A DNA stretch of 64,000 nucleotides from the human T2T-CHM13v2.0 reference genome, Homo sapiens. Shown piece after piece: positions 27,450-41,829 of the stretch (positions are counted from its first letter, which is position 1; every line of letters starts with the position of its first letter). The stretch lies in NCBI RefSeq assembly GCF_009914755.1, contig NC_060928.1. One strand, written 5' to 3'. A program made the translations under genes and the position numbers. The notes under the pieces are model-generated. The model did not search any database. It was not told the DNA's origin and saw only the letters and a program-made list of their open reading frames with translations.

Positions 27450-27825
27450 TATCTTAGTTTGGGGAGCTATGACTGAATACCATAGATTGGGTAGCTTATT
27501 AAAACAAACAAACAAACAAACAAACAAAAACCAGTAATTTGTATCTGACAGTTCTCCAGGCTGAAAGTCCAAGGTCAAGACACTGGCAGATTTGGTGTCT
27601 GGTGAGAACCTGCTTTCTGGCTCATAGATGACCATCTTCTTGCTGTGTGGCAGAACAGGTGAGAGATCTCTTTTGACTGTCTTACAAGGGAACTAATCCC
27701 ATTTATCAGGATTTTGCAGTTATGACCCAATCACCTTCCAAAAGCTCCACCTCCAAATAGCATCACATTGGGGATTAGGTTTCAACATATACATTTGGGG
27801 GAATATAAATATCCAGTCTATGGCA
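27450..27825 (-). mobile_element. MaLR LTR, MLT1A-like, with internal (AAAC)n
   Basis: TATCTTAGTTT start; GGCAGATTTGGTGTCTGGTGAGAACCTGC and CACATTGGGGATTAGGTTTCAACATAT internally; CAGTCTATGGCA end. Confidence 0.9.
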
Positions 27826-27986
27826 GTATATAATTGTATGTTGGGATTTAAATAGAAATGTAAAATATTGGACAGTAACAGCATACAGGTGGGGATCAAG
27901 CTGCATGGGAATAAGGAAATAACACCAGGCAATAACTTAAATCTTTAGGGAACAAAATGAACAGATTTCGAAATTGTAAATAAGAT

Positions 27987-28241
27987 TATTATAAGCTAAA
28001 TGTTTATGTCCCCCTCCCCCCCAAATTAATATGTTAAAGCCTCCAGAGTAATGATATTTGAAGGTGAGGTCTTCAGGAGTTAATCAGGTCATAATTTGGA
28101 GCCCTCTTTAATGGGATTAGTGCCTTTTTAAAAAGGTCTGACTGAGGCAGGAGAATCACTTGAACCTGGGGGTTGGGAGGTTGCAGTGAGCCAAGATTGC
28201 GCCACTGCACTTTGGCCTGGCGACAGAGCGAGACTCTGTCT

Positions 28242-28277
<36 letters not shown>

Positions 28278-28486
28278 CCCGAGGGAGCTTGTTTTCTCCT
28301 TCTTCCATGTGCAGACACAATAAGATGGAACCATCTATAAATGGGAAAGCAAGCCCTCATCAAACGCCCAATCTGCTGGTACTAGGATCTTGGACTTTCC
28401 AGTCTCCAGAGCTGTGAGAAATAAATGTTGTTTAAGCCACTCAATCTATGGCATTTGCGTTATAGCAGCCCAAACTGAGTGACACA
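27987..28486 (+). mobile_element. MaLR LTR (MLT1A/MSTD-like) containing an Alu fragment
   Basis: AATGGGATTAGTGCC, CAATCTGCTGG and GTCTCCAGAGCTGTGAGAAATAAATG internally; TTATAGCAGCCCAAACTGAGTGACACA end. Confidence 0.88.
28142..28273 (+). mobile_element. 5'-truncated Alu right arm (AluSc-like) with A31 tail
   Basis: CTGAGGCAGGAGAATCACTTGAACC...CCTGGCGACAGAGCGAGACTCTGTCTC followed by pure A at 28243-28273. Confidence 0.92.
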
Positions 28487-30886
28487 AAAATTAATATTAA
28501 AGTGTATAAACACTTGCTCTTCTTTCTTCTCTTACCTTCTTTTTAAAAAGTCTTTTAAAATACTTATTTAAAAGACAAACTTTTGTGAAGTTATAGAAAT
28601 GATAATGTATTGTTTAGTTTGTAATATGTAGGCTTAATATGCATAACAATAATACTTCAATAAAGGGAGGAAAGGGATAGAACTATATAGGAGAAAATAT
28701 TTATCTATAACTGGAATTAAGTTATAAGTCTGAGGTTAATTTTGATGTTAAGATGTGTATAGTAAGCCATATGACAAAAGCTGACAAAATTCAAAGAATA
28801 TAACTTGAAAAACTCTTAAAGGAATTAAAATATTACAGTAGAAACACCCACTTAATAAAAAATAATCCACTACAAGAAGAACAGAAACAGAAAGATATAG
28901 CACATAATAAAAAAGCACAATAGCCAATGTTATTCTGACCATATTAATAATAATATTAAAAGTGAATGGACTGAATAACATAAAAAAAGAGGTTATCTAT
29001 CAGAAAATTTGCATCCAAATCTGTGCTATTTACAGGTGAAACAAATTGAAAGAAAAAGAATGGAAAAAGCATACCATGCACACTGCAACCATAAAAGAAC
29101 TGCAATTGCTATATTAACATCACACAAGATAGACTTTAAAGCAAACAACATGTTATTAAAGATAAAAAGGACATCTCAGAATAAGTGGGTCACTCTACCA
29201 TCAAAATTTAACAATTATAAAGATATATGCACTTTAAAATAGAGCACCAAATTACATAAAGCAAAAACTGACAATATTAAAGGGAGAGATAGATGATTCT
29301 AAAAATAATAGCTTAAGACAAAAATATGCCACTTTTGACAGCCAGACAGAACATCTAGACAAAACCTCAATAATTAAATAGAAGGTTGAACAACAGTCTA
29401 AATTCACTAGACCTAACAGGCATCCATGGAATTCACCAAATTAGAGCAGAATACACATTCTTCTCAGAGGCACATGGACTATTCTCCAGGATAGACCAGA
29501 TACTAAGCCATTTACTATACATTACCTCTTTAAAATATAAAATTTGATAAATTTTAACAAACATATACATCCTAATATTCATATGAAATCTCAAGCAACT
29601 CTGGTGAAAACAATTCTATAACAGCAAAGTTGGAGGGTTCATACTTGCCTTCTTTAAAACTTAAAATAAAAGCATAGCAATGAAAACAGTGCGATACTGG
29701 CAAAATAAAAAACCAATGGACTAGAATAGAGCCCAGAAAGAAATTCCCTCACACATGGTCAAATAATGTTCAACAGGGTGCCAAGGTCATTAAATGAGGA
29801 AATGGGGAAAAGACAATCTTTTCAGCAAATAGTGTTAGGAAAGTAGATATCCACATGCAACATGATGAAGTAGGACTCTTACCTTACATGATATACAAAA
29901 ACTTAAGTCAAAATGGATTAAAGACCTAAACATAAGACATAAAACTATTAAACTATTAGAAAAAAAAATAAGAGAAAAACTTTTGTTATTGGATTCGGCA
30001 CGACTTATTGGATATGACATGAAAAGCACAGGTAACAAAAGAATAGATAGATACATCAATTTTTTTCAAAAATAAAAACTTGGAAAATTTTAATTATTAA
30101 TGTTAATTAATGATAATTTAATATTATTAATAATATTTAATATTAATAATAGTTATTAATATTGATTCTAACTTTTTAATTTTTAATGCATCAATGGGCA
30201 ACATCAAGAGGGTGAAAATGCAAACCATGGAATGAAAGAACATATTTGCGAGTCATATAATTGGTAGCCCTTATATCCAAAATATATAAACAAATCCTAC
30301 AGTTCAACCACAAAGAAAAACAATTCAAATATAAAATTGAACAAGGGCTGGAATAAGTATATCTTCAAAAATTTACAAAAGACAAATGAGTGTATGAAGG
30401 GAAGCTCAACATCACCAACCATCAGGGAAATGCCGGTCAAAACCACAATGAGAATCCACTTTGCAACTATTACGATGGCTATTAATTTTTTTGTAAAAAG
30501 GAAATTACAAGTGTTGTAACAAATATGTGGCAAAATTAGCACCCTTGTGAATTACTGCTAAGAATACCAAATAGTGCAGCTACTATGGAAAACCATGTGG
30601 CAATTCCTCAAAAAATTAAACATAAAATCACCATATAACCCAGTAATTCCACTTGTAGGAGATACTCCAAAGATTTGAAAACAGGAAACCGGAACAGATA
30701 TTTGTACACCAGTGCTCACGGTGGCATTATTCACATTAGCCCAGAGTTGGAACAACACAAATGTGCATTGACAAGTCAATAAAAAAAAAAAAACTATGTT
30801 ATATATTTACAATATAAATATTACTCAGCCTTAAAAAAGAATTGGAACCTCTGATCATACTACAATATAGATGAACCACGAAAATA

Positions 30887-31308
30887 CAGTTCACCCTTGA
30901 ACACCGGTTTGAACTGCACAGATCTACTTATATGTGGCTTTTTTTCCACCTCTGCCACCCCCAAGACAGCAAGACCAATTCCTCCTTTTTTTCTCCTCCT
31001 CAGCCTGCTTGACATGCAGACAGCAAGGATAAAGAGCTCTATAATGATCCATTTACACTTAATGAACAGTAAATATATTTTCTCTTTCTTTTAATTTTAT
31101 TTTCTCTAGCTTTACTGTAAGAATGCAGTATATAAAACATATAAAACACAAAATCTGTGTTATTTGACAGTTTATGTTATTGGCAAGGTTTCCAATCCAA
31201 ACTAGGATATTCATAGTTAAGTTTTTGGGACGTCTAAAGTGACACATGAATTTTACACTGGGCAGGGAGTCAATGTCCCTAACATCCGTGTTGTTCAAGG
31301 GTCAATTG
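30887..31308 (+). mobile_element. Tigger2a-like (MER28) non-autonomous DNA transposon
   Basis: TIRs CAGTTCACCCTTGAACA and TGTTCAAGGGTCAATTG, each flanked by TA. Confidence 0.9.
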
Positions 31309-31557
31309 TATTTATGCTAATCAAAAGTCAAACACAAAAGAGTAAATATTGCATAATTCCATTTCATAGAAACAGAAAGTATATTAGTGGCTGTCAAAGG
31401 ACCCAGGGGTGGAGAGAATGAGGGATTATTTCTTAACGGGTACAAGATTTCAGTTTCAGACGATAAGAAAGTTCTGAAGATGGATAGTGGTAAAAGCTGC
31501 AAAACATTATGACAGGCCTTAATGTACTTAATGCCATTGAACTACACACTTAAAATA

Positions 31558-33476
31558 TATGCATACCCCCATTTAATTCTTTATTGTGCTTCACATACAC
31601 TGCGTTTTTCACAAATTGAAGGTTTGTGGCCACCCTGTTTTGAGCAAGTCTACCAGTGCCATTTTTTTTCAACAACATGTGTTCACCTCATGTTTCTGTG
31701 TCACATCTGAGAATACCCACAATATTTAAAACTTTTTCATGATGATTATTTCTGTAGTGATGGTCTGAAATCAATGATTTTGACATTGCTATTATGATTG
31801 TTTTGGATTGCCCTGAATAGCACACATATAAGACAGTCTCAGATTATCATTATCATATGTTATCAATGAAGTATTTTTAAATTAAGATAGGTACATTTTT
31901 TCTTTAAACAATACTATTACACTCTTAATAGACTACAACATGGTGTAAACATGACTTTTACATAGCCAAAAAAAATCTAATTACTTTCCTTATTGTGATA
32001 TTTGCTTCACTACAGTGGTCTGGAATGGAATCCACAATATTGATGGCAGCAGTGGCCTGTCTGAGGAGCCCCGCCCACTTCCGATTTTGTGGGGCAGGAG
32101 CCCTGCGCTCTCTGGAATAGCTGCAGCTGCCCAGCCATGAACCCGGGCATGCCTGTGCTCTGGGGGCGGGGAGGGGGCGCGGGGGAGGAAGCTTCCTGGT
32201 AAGTGCCTGCTCCAGCTACCTGGCCTCCTGGCCTCCTCAGCTCCCAGCACCCACTCTGATTTTGGAACAAAGTTGTGGCCGAGCCTGGGGGCTGGGTGCA
32301 GCGCTGATATTCCAGCCCCCTACTGTCTCCGCCCCCTCCGGACTTTGGGCACTGACCAGCATGGGAGAGAGGACAAGGGGGTGCTGAGGGTGGCTCAGCG
32401 CAGGCCTGCAGGCACCCCTCTGCATGAACAACCTGAGCACCATGAAAAGCGGCAGGAGGCAGACGCACTCCTGGGTGGAAAGGGTAGGTCCTCCATGAAA
32501 ATCCACTTTCAAGCCAGGGGCAGCTTGAAAGCCTGGCGGCCGGGCTCCGAATTCGGCTATTCAGGGCAGTCTCAACTCCGACTGGAGTGAGAACTTACGG
32601 TGCTTTTTCTGGCCTGCTCATGGCCACCCATGGACCAATCATCATCCACTTCCTCCCCTCTGAAGCCCAAAAAAACTCCGGACTCCCAAACTCAGGCGGA
32701 CGTTGGGACGACCTGCCAGCAGATAGAAGCTGCCCACCCCACTCCCCTCCTCACCCCTAAGGGCAGAGAGCTGCACAGACCCCTGGATGACCTGCCTGTG
32801 GAAAGGAGTTAAACACATTGGGTCTCCTGAGAGTTGTACTGTCACCCATAAAGCACCTCTTTGCCTTGCTCATTCTCTATTTGTCCACTTACCTCATCCT
32901 TCCTGGACATGGGACAAGAACTAGGGACCAGCCATTTGCGGAACTGAAAGAGCTGCAACACAAACAGGGCCGAAACGTGCTCCGCCCTCCGTCCCTGCTG
33001 CTCCTCATGTTGTGAGCACGAGAAAGAGAGGAGTTATGGAGAGAAGCCCTTCAAGGAGCCCAGACCTGGGAGTCCCCTGAGCCAGGGGTGTAAGGCACCA
33101 CCGCATTTCCCAGTGCCTGCAGTGGAAGCCACTTCCGGTATGCCTGGTCCAGCCACAGACTTGCAGGGAGCTAGAGCCCGCCCCAGTACCTGGAGCTGTC
33201 CACCCCGCAGGAGCCAGTCTGCCTGGCTGTGCGTAGTGACCAGACGCTGTGCTCGCTCGCGCATGCACCTCTCTCCGCCTGCGCCTGGCTCTCCCTTGGC
33301 AGGTGTGGGATCTGGGCCAGTAGCAAAAGCCCAGTGCAGCCCGCCAGGCTGAGTTGGCGAAACCAGCCCAGGAGGCCCAAGCAAAATCTGGCCAAAGGCA
33401 CCACCGGCCACACAGGTTTCCAGCTGGTGAAGTGACACCCCAAGGATCCTGTGACAATATCTTCAAGGTATCCTTA
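31558..33476 (+). mobile_element. Tigger1 internal-deletion derivative, split near its right TIR by a MER52 LTR
   Basis: 5' part ...CACAAATTGAAGGTTTGTGGC... is joined to 3' part ...AATAGACTACAACATGGTGTAAACA...GTGGTCTGGAATGGAATCCACAATAT; right TIR remnant ATATCTTCAAGGTATCCTT at 33457-33475. Confidence 0.85.
32041..33456 (+). mobile_element. ERV1 solo LTR, MER52 family, with 4-bp TSD
   Basis: TGATGGCAGCAGTGGC start, GACACCCCAAGGATCCTGTGACA end; ATAT at 32037-32040 and 33457-33460; GC-rich. Confidence 0.92.
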
Positions 33477-33483
33477 CAATTTA

Positions 33484-33800
<317 letters not shown>

Positions 33801-35485
33801 TCACTGGGATGAAAAAATTTAATTATAGGCATATAGGCAACTCTTTAATCTGAAACAAAGTAAAACAAACAAAAACCCTGTAATAGCCGTATGAACATCC
33901 CTATGATTTTAATTGTTGGATTATAGTAGAGGCTAGTTTCCCAAAGTTATTGCTTCTTTTTCATGAAGGCCTAAATACAAGTTTTTTGTTTGTTTGTTTT
34001 TTGTTTTTTTTTTGTATGTATAAGAATCAGGGGAAACTTTTTTCTTTTGATTTACTATCGTATTATTTAATTTTAACGGTAAAGTCTATAACTGATCGTG
34101 TTAGCTATTTTGCTTCGAGAATCAAGAACAGGTTAACCATTCATGGGTTTTAGTACATTTGTATGATGTGTTACATGTATTTCTTGACACTAAAATTTCT
34201 TTTGTTTTTATTATCCTATTCAGCTATGACTTTTTGTCATGTAGTCTTTTTGTAACATATTTTCTTTCCTATTTACAGTTTATGAAAAGTATACATGTTC
34301 TGTTTGGTTTACCCCCACTCCCTGGCTCAATTCATTTCAAAATAGAGTGCAGAATAAATTGCACATTATTTTTTCCATTTATTCTTAGACTCCCTAAAGT
34401 GCTTTGCACATAGGATGTAGAAAGCACTCAAATGTATATTGAATTGATTATTTGTGAAGATTACAATGAAGAGGCAGATTGGTCCAAGACGTATAATAAA
34501 ACCCAGGGGCTATATTTTCCTGACATCAATGTTTACTCTACCAAATAGAGGTATAAAAATGATGACAGTGGCCTTTCAACTATTATTTTTTTGGGTCCTA
34601 AACACTTCAAAGTTTCACACTTCTAAAGAAAAAAAATTTGATTATTTTTTAGATAGTAAGGTTAATATTAATGTTTTGATTATTGTTTACATTGTTTACA
34701 CATTTCTTGTGCAGGGATATTATCACTATAATACATCTGTGATAATAATGATTCAAACAATTTGAAACATAAGATGATTGAAATTTCAGGCAAAATCAAA
34801 ATAGAGAAAAACCTAGTAAGGCCTCTTTTGTGACTTCTTTATTTAAAAAATTTAAAATATATAAGGAATATAATCACTTCTCAGTTCTTTAAAACTTAGT
34901 ATAAGATTTTCTTAATGCCAAGACAGTTAATGAATTTTTGGACAGATTGATTAAAGAAATGGCATTACCAACCAAAATTGCCCTTTTAATGATAAATTCC
35001 TTCAGCTTTGAATTATACGTTATGTTCCATAATTCTGATGATCTTAAGGAGACATTCATTTTAAACTTAATTATTTGATAAGATTAGAAATAAAATATTA
35101 ATATGCATCTCCAAGATACTTCTTTTTTATTATCTATTAAAAATGTTCTCTGTTACTATATACTTACAGGGGAAAATATTGAAAGTGGTCTTTAGAACAC
35201 AGTACATTAAAGCTCAGTAACTTAAAACTGGGGTGGCTTTTTGCATTTCACAATTAGTATTTAATATTTTTCCAGAATTAGAAATATTAAAGATTCTTTG
35301 CCTAGGAAAACATATACTTTGTCTTTCTCTATTCCCTCTGATAATATCTTTCTTAACCATATTTCCTCAAATCTTAGAGACATCTTAACTAATGATATTG
35401 TGAAAAGTGTGAAAATACTTGTCACTAGTCATTAGAATCATTAATTTTCAGATGATTTCACAGTAACATCCTCATCATCATTTTT

Positions 35486-35710
<225 letters not shown>

Positions 35711-36309
35711 ATCATCATTTTTATATAATAATGTCATCATTGCAATTTTAGTTTTTAACCATAAAGCTTTCAAAATGCAATGGACAATTGATATAAATTT
35801 ATGTTTTATATGAACAAATCCTATAACACAATCTTAATAGTAAATCCAAATTTAAATCCTCATTTAAGTAGTGGAGAAAGAGCTTAATTTACACAGTGGG
35901 CAAATTTAATAATTTTAATTCTTATCTTCTAAATTTTGAATCAACATATCTATCCCATATGTAATCTCACTTCAAATAGAACATCTAAATTAAAATTAGG
36001 AGTAAAAACAACCAGAACAGAGATAAATGCATAGTTGAAATACTGGGATAATAGCAAACATTGTAGCTTCTTTAGGAAGAGGGTAAACTACTAGAATGTT
36101 GTTAAAATACACATCTGCCTTTCAAAAAGGAGAAATTTAAAATAAGAGAAATATTTCATTTGATAATACTGTCTAGCCAAGATATTACATGGCCAATGGA
36201 AGAAATTTCAACGTGAGTAACAGCTCTTGCCTTAAGTAGCTTAGGATGTATTAAGAAAAATTGCTGTTACTGCTGCTATTACATAGGATGATTGAAATCA
36301 CACATGTGG

Positions 36310-36530
36310 TGGCTATGTGGCATGGGGAAAAACTTTTGAGCTTTGAAGCAACATAGAACTGATTTTAAGACCTGGTGCCATACTTTATCAGTTGGACAGT
36401 CCATGACCCATCACTTATACTCTCCGTGTCTCAAATTCCATCCTGGTGGTTGGAGGTGATTATACCTTCAGAGGGTTTCTGTGAAGATTAGAAATGATTT
36501 GATATTCCTGGGACTCATAGAAGTTAGCTT
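36310..36530 (+). mobile_element. MIR
   Basis: CACTTATACTCTCCGTGTCTCAAATTCC...AGGGTTTCTGTGAAGATTAGA. Confidence 0.65.
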
Positions 36531-36574
36531 GTGGAAGTCTTAATAAGTTGCACCATGGTGGGTGGGAGGTTTGG

Positions 36575-36960
36575 GAGAAATCAAGAAAACTTTTTGGAGG
36601 GATGTGTTTTTTTAGAAGAGGCTTGACAGACAGTTTTTGTTAGAGAAGGAGTTGAACATTTCTTGTGCAGAGCACACGAAAGAAGCAATGATGGGTGATA
36701 GTGGAGGCGGGTGCAGTTTGGGGTGTAAATAAGGAAAATGGAAAACGATCTGAGAGTGTGGATGGCACCAGAGAAGGGGAGAGTTAAAATCATTTATCAT
36801 AGAAGGCGAGCCAGGGGTGATTTAAAAAGAAGTAGATATATTTTAGCCAAAGCATGGCACTGAGTTTTAGTTTTAGAACATTGTTGACAAACGTCCAGGG
36901 TAATGAGGAAGGAGGAATTGGCCTAAAGGGTCCTCCATGGGGAGTGCTTGAAAGCAGTAT
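36575..36960 (-). mobile_element. L2 fragment
   Basis: Purine-rich reverse L2 3' region (AATCAAGAAAACTTTTTGGAGG; TTTTAGTTTTAGAACATTG). Confidence 0.5.
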
Positions 36961-37109
36961 AAACCGAGCAAGTGCTGTTTATGTGGGGGATCCTCTCTTT
37001 TCTACCTACCTTTTCTGCTTCCACCCATCTCACATGCAATTTTGTACAGACATTTCTCTGTTCTTGTTTCCACCTGTCTGCCTCCTGAAGATGGATTTTC
37101 ACCTCAGAA

Positions 37110-37711
37110 GATAGTGATTCTATTAAATCTACATCAGATCAGGCCACTCTGCTGCCCACAATGCTCTAGCAGCTTCTCATGATATTCAGAGTAAAAGCCA
37201 AAATCCTGACAATAAACTAAAAGCTTCAAAATATGTGGCACCTTGTTATTTATCTGACATTATTTCTACTTTCTCCATTGCCCCAGCCTCTCACTGGTCT
37301 CATCAGTTTTTCTTAAACTTGTGAAGCAAGCTTCCTTCACAGGGACTCTGCTGTGGTCATTCCGTCTGTCTGGAATGTTCTCTCAGTAGACACATGGATC
37401 ACTCGCTTGCTTTAAGTTGTCAGTTAAACAACAATGAAGGTTTTTGTTATTTTCTCTCAGAACTATTTAAGATTCTCTTCTTCAACACTTATTTTTTCAA
37501 AATTTATTTTTGCTTTTAGCATTTATCTCAGTCTAACTTCCTCTTCATTTTTATATTATTAATATTTCTCTCATTTATTGTCTGTCTTTCTTACAAAATA
37601 GGTTTATAAATGCAGGGAGCTTTGTCTGTTTTGTTCGCTGTTACATTTAAAATGTCTGGCATATTGTGGCACTCAATGAATAAATACTCTTCAAGTGACT
37701 ACATGAATGAA
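37110..37711 (+). mobile_element. L2a 3' end
   Basis: CAGAGTAAAAGCCAAAATCCT, CTGTCTGGAATGTTCT and TTTGTCTGTTTTGTTCGCTG...GGCACTCAAT...TGAATGAA. Confidence 0.85.
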
Positions 37712-37764
37712 CTAGGGAATGGAAGTTTCAAGAGAAAGAGGAGGTAAGTTTTAAAACGTGACAA

Positions 37765-38163
<399 letters not shown>

Positions 38164-39237
38164 TTATTATTTGACTACCAAATGTGTGATACTGTTAGGC
38201 ATTGGAAAATCAAAGTCCTTCCCATTCCATCAGTTAATTTATTTTAAAAAGATAAATGTTATTTGTTTAGGTAAATTTTCAATCTAGAGATATAGCACTT
38301 TAAGCAAAATATAATCATTTGCTGAATAATTTGAATTATTTTATGACACTGAGATAATGAGTGTTAAAATAATGTGATCTAATTTCCCAAGTAAGAATAA
38401 ACTTTTATCTATTATCTGTCTATCTATCATCTCTTTATTCATGGAATTTGAAAATATGAAGGAATCTATCATATAAAAACGAAATTACATCTGTTTTAAT
38501 GAACAAGATCCCTAGTTATTGATCAAGTAATGTAATCAAAAACCCAAGTAAATATTTTAAGTTATTTGGAATAAAATTCTTTTCAAAAAGTCCTTTAATT
38601 ATGAAAGATGAACAGGATTGGAAATGAATACTATTCTAATTTACATCAAAAATGCAAACAGGCATTTATTATAATCATACTCAGATTCACACCTACAAAT
38701 TTAAGTTATACATAGTACATGGCAAATTAGATAAACACATTTATTCATGTTTAAAATAGTGTAATGCCACCACCAAGGAAGCCAGTAAAAAAGTACCCCA
38801 AGAATATACTAAAGGAAATGAAGAGCCTCTTTTCAACTTATTCAAGTGCCGACAATGGAGTAGGGAGAAGAATTGGTAGAAGAGATGGGCAAGCATCACT
38901 ATGGAGCTGGCTCAGTGACATGTGCTTTGTCATACTAGAAAGATTGATTTTATCTTTTTACTTCACAAATTAGGAAAATAGGGTTTTTTTTTTTCCCATT
39001 AAAGAAACAGATATATAAAGGAATAGATATGAAAATCTATTTACGTGTTTGAAATAGACTCAGAGTGTTTATGAGATTTTTCCAAATGGAATAGGGCTGA
39101 ATAGAGTACAAGGAATATTGGCTTAACCTCTCTTTCTGTTAAAGGATCTTCACTGGAAATATTTGAGAGGCACTTGTTTAAGAGACTGAGATACTAGTGT
39201 TTTACATTTTTAAATGTATATATTTAAAATTAATTAG

Positions 39238-39617
39238 TGATAGGGTTTGGCTCTGTGTCCCTACCCAAATCTCATATCAAATTGTAATTCCCAATGTTAG
39301 AAGAGGGACCGCGTGGGAGGTGATTGGATCATGGGATTGGATTTCCCCTCTTGCTGTTCCCATGATAGTGAGTGAGCTCTCACAAGTTCTGGTTGTTTAA
39401 AGGTGTGTAGCACTTCCCCTTTCCCTCACTCTCCTGCTGCCATGTGAAGATAAGCTGGCTTCCTCTTCCCCTTCTGCCATGATTGTAAATTTCCTGAGGC
39501 CTCCCAGCCATACTTACTGTACAGGCTGTAGAATCATGAGCCTATTAAACCTCTTTTCTTTATAAGTTACACAGTATCAGCTAGGTCTTTATAGCAATGT
39601 GAGAATGAACTAATACA
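39238..39617 (+). mobile_element. MaLR solo LTR, MSTA-like, with perfect 5-bp TSD
   Basis: TGATAGGGTTTGGCTCTGTGTCCC...GAACTAATACA; ATTAG at 39233-39237 and 39618-39622. Confidence 0.93.
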
Positions 39618-40229
39618 ATTAGTAATTAAACAATTATTGGTCAACTAATTTATTCACTAATACTGTAGGCAGCCACCGTACAAGAAAAAGAGAAATGAAT
39701 AGAATTTATACAATCTTCGCCCATATGGAGCTTGTGCTCATATTGCTGTGCTTCTGAGAGTTTTTATTAAGAAACAAAGATATTCTAACACAATTAAACA
39801 CAGCACAATATTTAAAAACAAAGAGTTTAAAAATTTTCAAATTCACTAGTTCATTAGTAACCTATTTTACCAAAAATATAAGAAAATAATGTTTAAAGAT
39901 AAATAGGCATCTCAAGGTATTCACAGATTTAAGTGGGTTACGACTTTTTAAAAGAAAACATTTTAAATACATATAAAAGAGTAAAAAAAGTAAAAGAAAG
40001 AACAGTGTGATTAAGACAATGTTTATAGAAGACAATATAGGTAAGAAACACAGGGGAAGAAAGAAGAATTAAGAACAAAGTCTTGGAGAAAAAGTCCTGG
40101 CATCATCACTCACTGCAACCTGACTATTAGTTACTATTTTATTCAGTGTATAATTATATCTACAAGATAAGAGTAGGTAAGAGAATGACAAATTCTCCTA
40201 GAAAAAAAACATTGAAACAAAATACATTT

Positions 40230-40626
40230 TAGGAAAATTATGAGATCTCAAAAACCTAGAGAAATTGAAAAAAAAGTCCTAGGGAAATGCAGTTTTTCAA
40301 AACTAATTGCACTGGAGATAGAAAGCAAGATGGCATCATAGAGGAATATATCAAACCTCAAACACCAGATAGTCTCAATGCACCATAGATTATTTCCTAG
40401 GATAGCCCTGATTCCCAAACCTGATAAAGACAGTACAAAGAAAAAATAATTTAGACTAATAGATTTGCAAACACTGTGGCAAAAATTTCCCCTGTAAAGT
40501 TAATTAATAAAATCTGATACTACATTAAGACAACGACATAAGTGGATCAAGTAAAAATTTCTCCATGAATTCAAGGTTGCTTCAGTATGATGATATCTAT
40601 TTATATTAAGCACTGTATATTAATAG
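40230..40626 (+). mobile_element. Very old L1 ORF2 (pre-RT) fragment
   Basis: CCCTGATTCCCAAACCTGATAAAGACAG (LIPKPDKD) and ATGAATTCAAGGTTGCTTCAGTAT (QGWFN-like). Confidence 0.6.
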
Positions 40627-40629
40627 TAC

Positions 40630-41468
40630 ACACTACAGCCTTGCAAGATTCCAGTCACAGCCCTGTGGCTCCAGTTGGACCTGTCCTTTGAAACATGTGG
40701 AGACGGTTATGCACTCCAGGCCTGTGCACTCCAGGCCTGTGATCAGCCTGTGATGGGAGTGACAGTCCTGAGAATCTCTGAATTGCCTTTAGTGTCACTC
40801 TTCTATTGTCTTGAAAAATAGCTCCTGGCTTCTATACTATTCTCCTTATCAAATAATCACCTGGCCTTCACCTTAGAGTTCTAATTTTCTACAATGTGGA
40901 TAGGCTGAGACTTTTCCAACTCTTTATGTTCCTCTTTCTTTTTGCTTATCGACTCTGTCTTTAAATCATTTCTCTCTTCTCACATTTTAATATAAGCATT
41001 CAGAAGGAGCCAAGCCAGGCCTTCAACATTTTGCTTAGAAATCTTTTCAGCTAAATATTGAATTATTCAATCACTCACAAGTTTGACCTTCCATAAAACA
41101 CTAGAACATGAACACAATTCAGCCAAGTTCATTGTCACTTTATTACAAAGATGGTCTTTTCTCCATTGTTCAATAATGTTCCTTTTTATTGAGACCTCAA
41201 CCAAATGGCTTCTACCATTCATATTTCTACAACATTCTGTTCATGGTTATTTAAGTATTCTTAAGAAAATGACAGCTTCCTCTACAGCTTTCTGATTTCT
41301 TTCTGTGCCCTAACTGGAGTCACCTTTAAAGGTGTGTTCACAACAATGTAAGATTTTTAGGCTGTACCTCAATATTCCTTCAACCTCTTCCTATTACCCA
41401 GTTACAAAGCTGAGTACACAATTTTAGGTATCTGTTACAGCAGCATACGGCTCCTGTTATCAACTTTC
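40630..41468 (-). mobile_element. MaLR internal sequence (MLT1A-int-like) attached to the adjacent LTR
   Basis: CCTTCAACATTTTGCTTAGAAAT, ACACAATTCAGCCAAGTTC and TTAGGTATCTGTTACAGCAGC...TTTC, directly abutting the LTR terminus. Confidence 0.85.
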
Positions 41469-41825
41469 TGCCTTAGTCCATTCTGGCTGCTATAACAGTA
41501 ATATCACAGACTGGATAGCTTAAGGAACAAATATTTATATTTTACAGTTGTGGAGGCTGGGAAGTCCAAGATGAAGATACAAGCCAATTTCGTGTCAGAT
41601 GGGAGCCTGCTTCCTAGTTTATAGATAGCTTTCTTCTCACTGTGTTCTCACATAGTAAAAGGGGTGAAAGAATACCCTGGAGTCTCTTATAAGGGTGCTA
41701 ATCCTATTCATAAGGTTTCTGCTCTCTTACCTAACTTCCTCCCAAAGGCTGCAACTCCTAATACCATCACATTGGGTTAGAATTTCAACATATGAATTTT
41801 AGAGATAAAGATTTACTCTATAACA
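41469..41825 (-). mobile_element. MaLR LTR, MLT1A0-like
   Basis: TGCCTTAGTCCATTCTGGCTGCTATAACA...GGAGGCTGGGAAGTCCAAGAT...AATTTCAACATATGAATTT...TATAACA. Confidence 0.9.
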
Positions 41826-41829
41826 GGAG

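Noticed and set aside
28243-28273. Pure A31 tail as a sign of a very recent Alu insertion
   Set aside because: The Alu body and putative TSD are diverged; the tail is more likely a secondary slippage expansion.
30090-30170. AT-only quasi-palindromic tract
   Set aside because: Low-complexity slippage expansion inside an L1.
40710-40739. 15-bp tandem duplication in MaLR internal sequence (a similar one at ~45314-45343 in L1MA)
   Set aside because: Ordinary slippage duplications inside decayed repeats.
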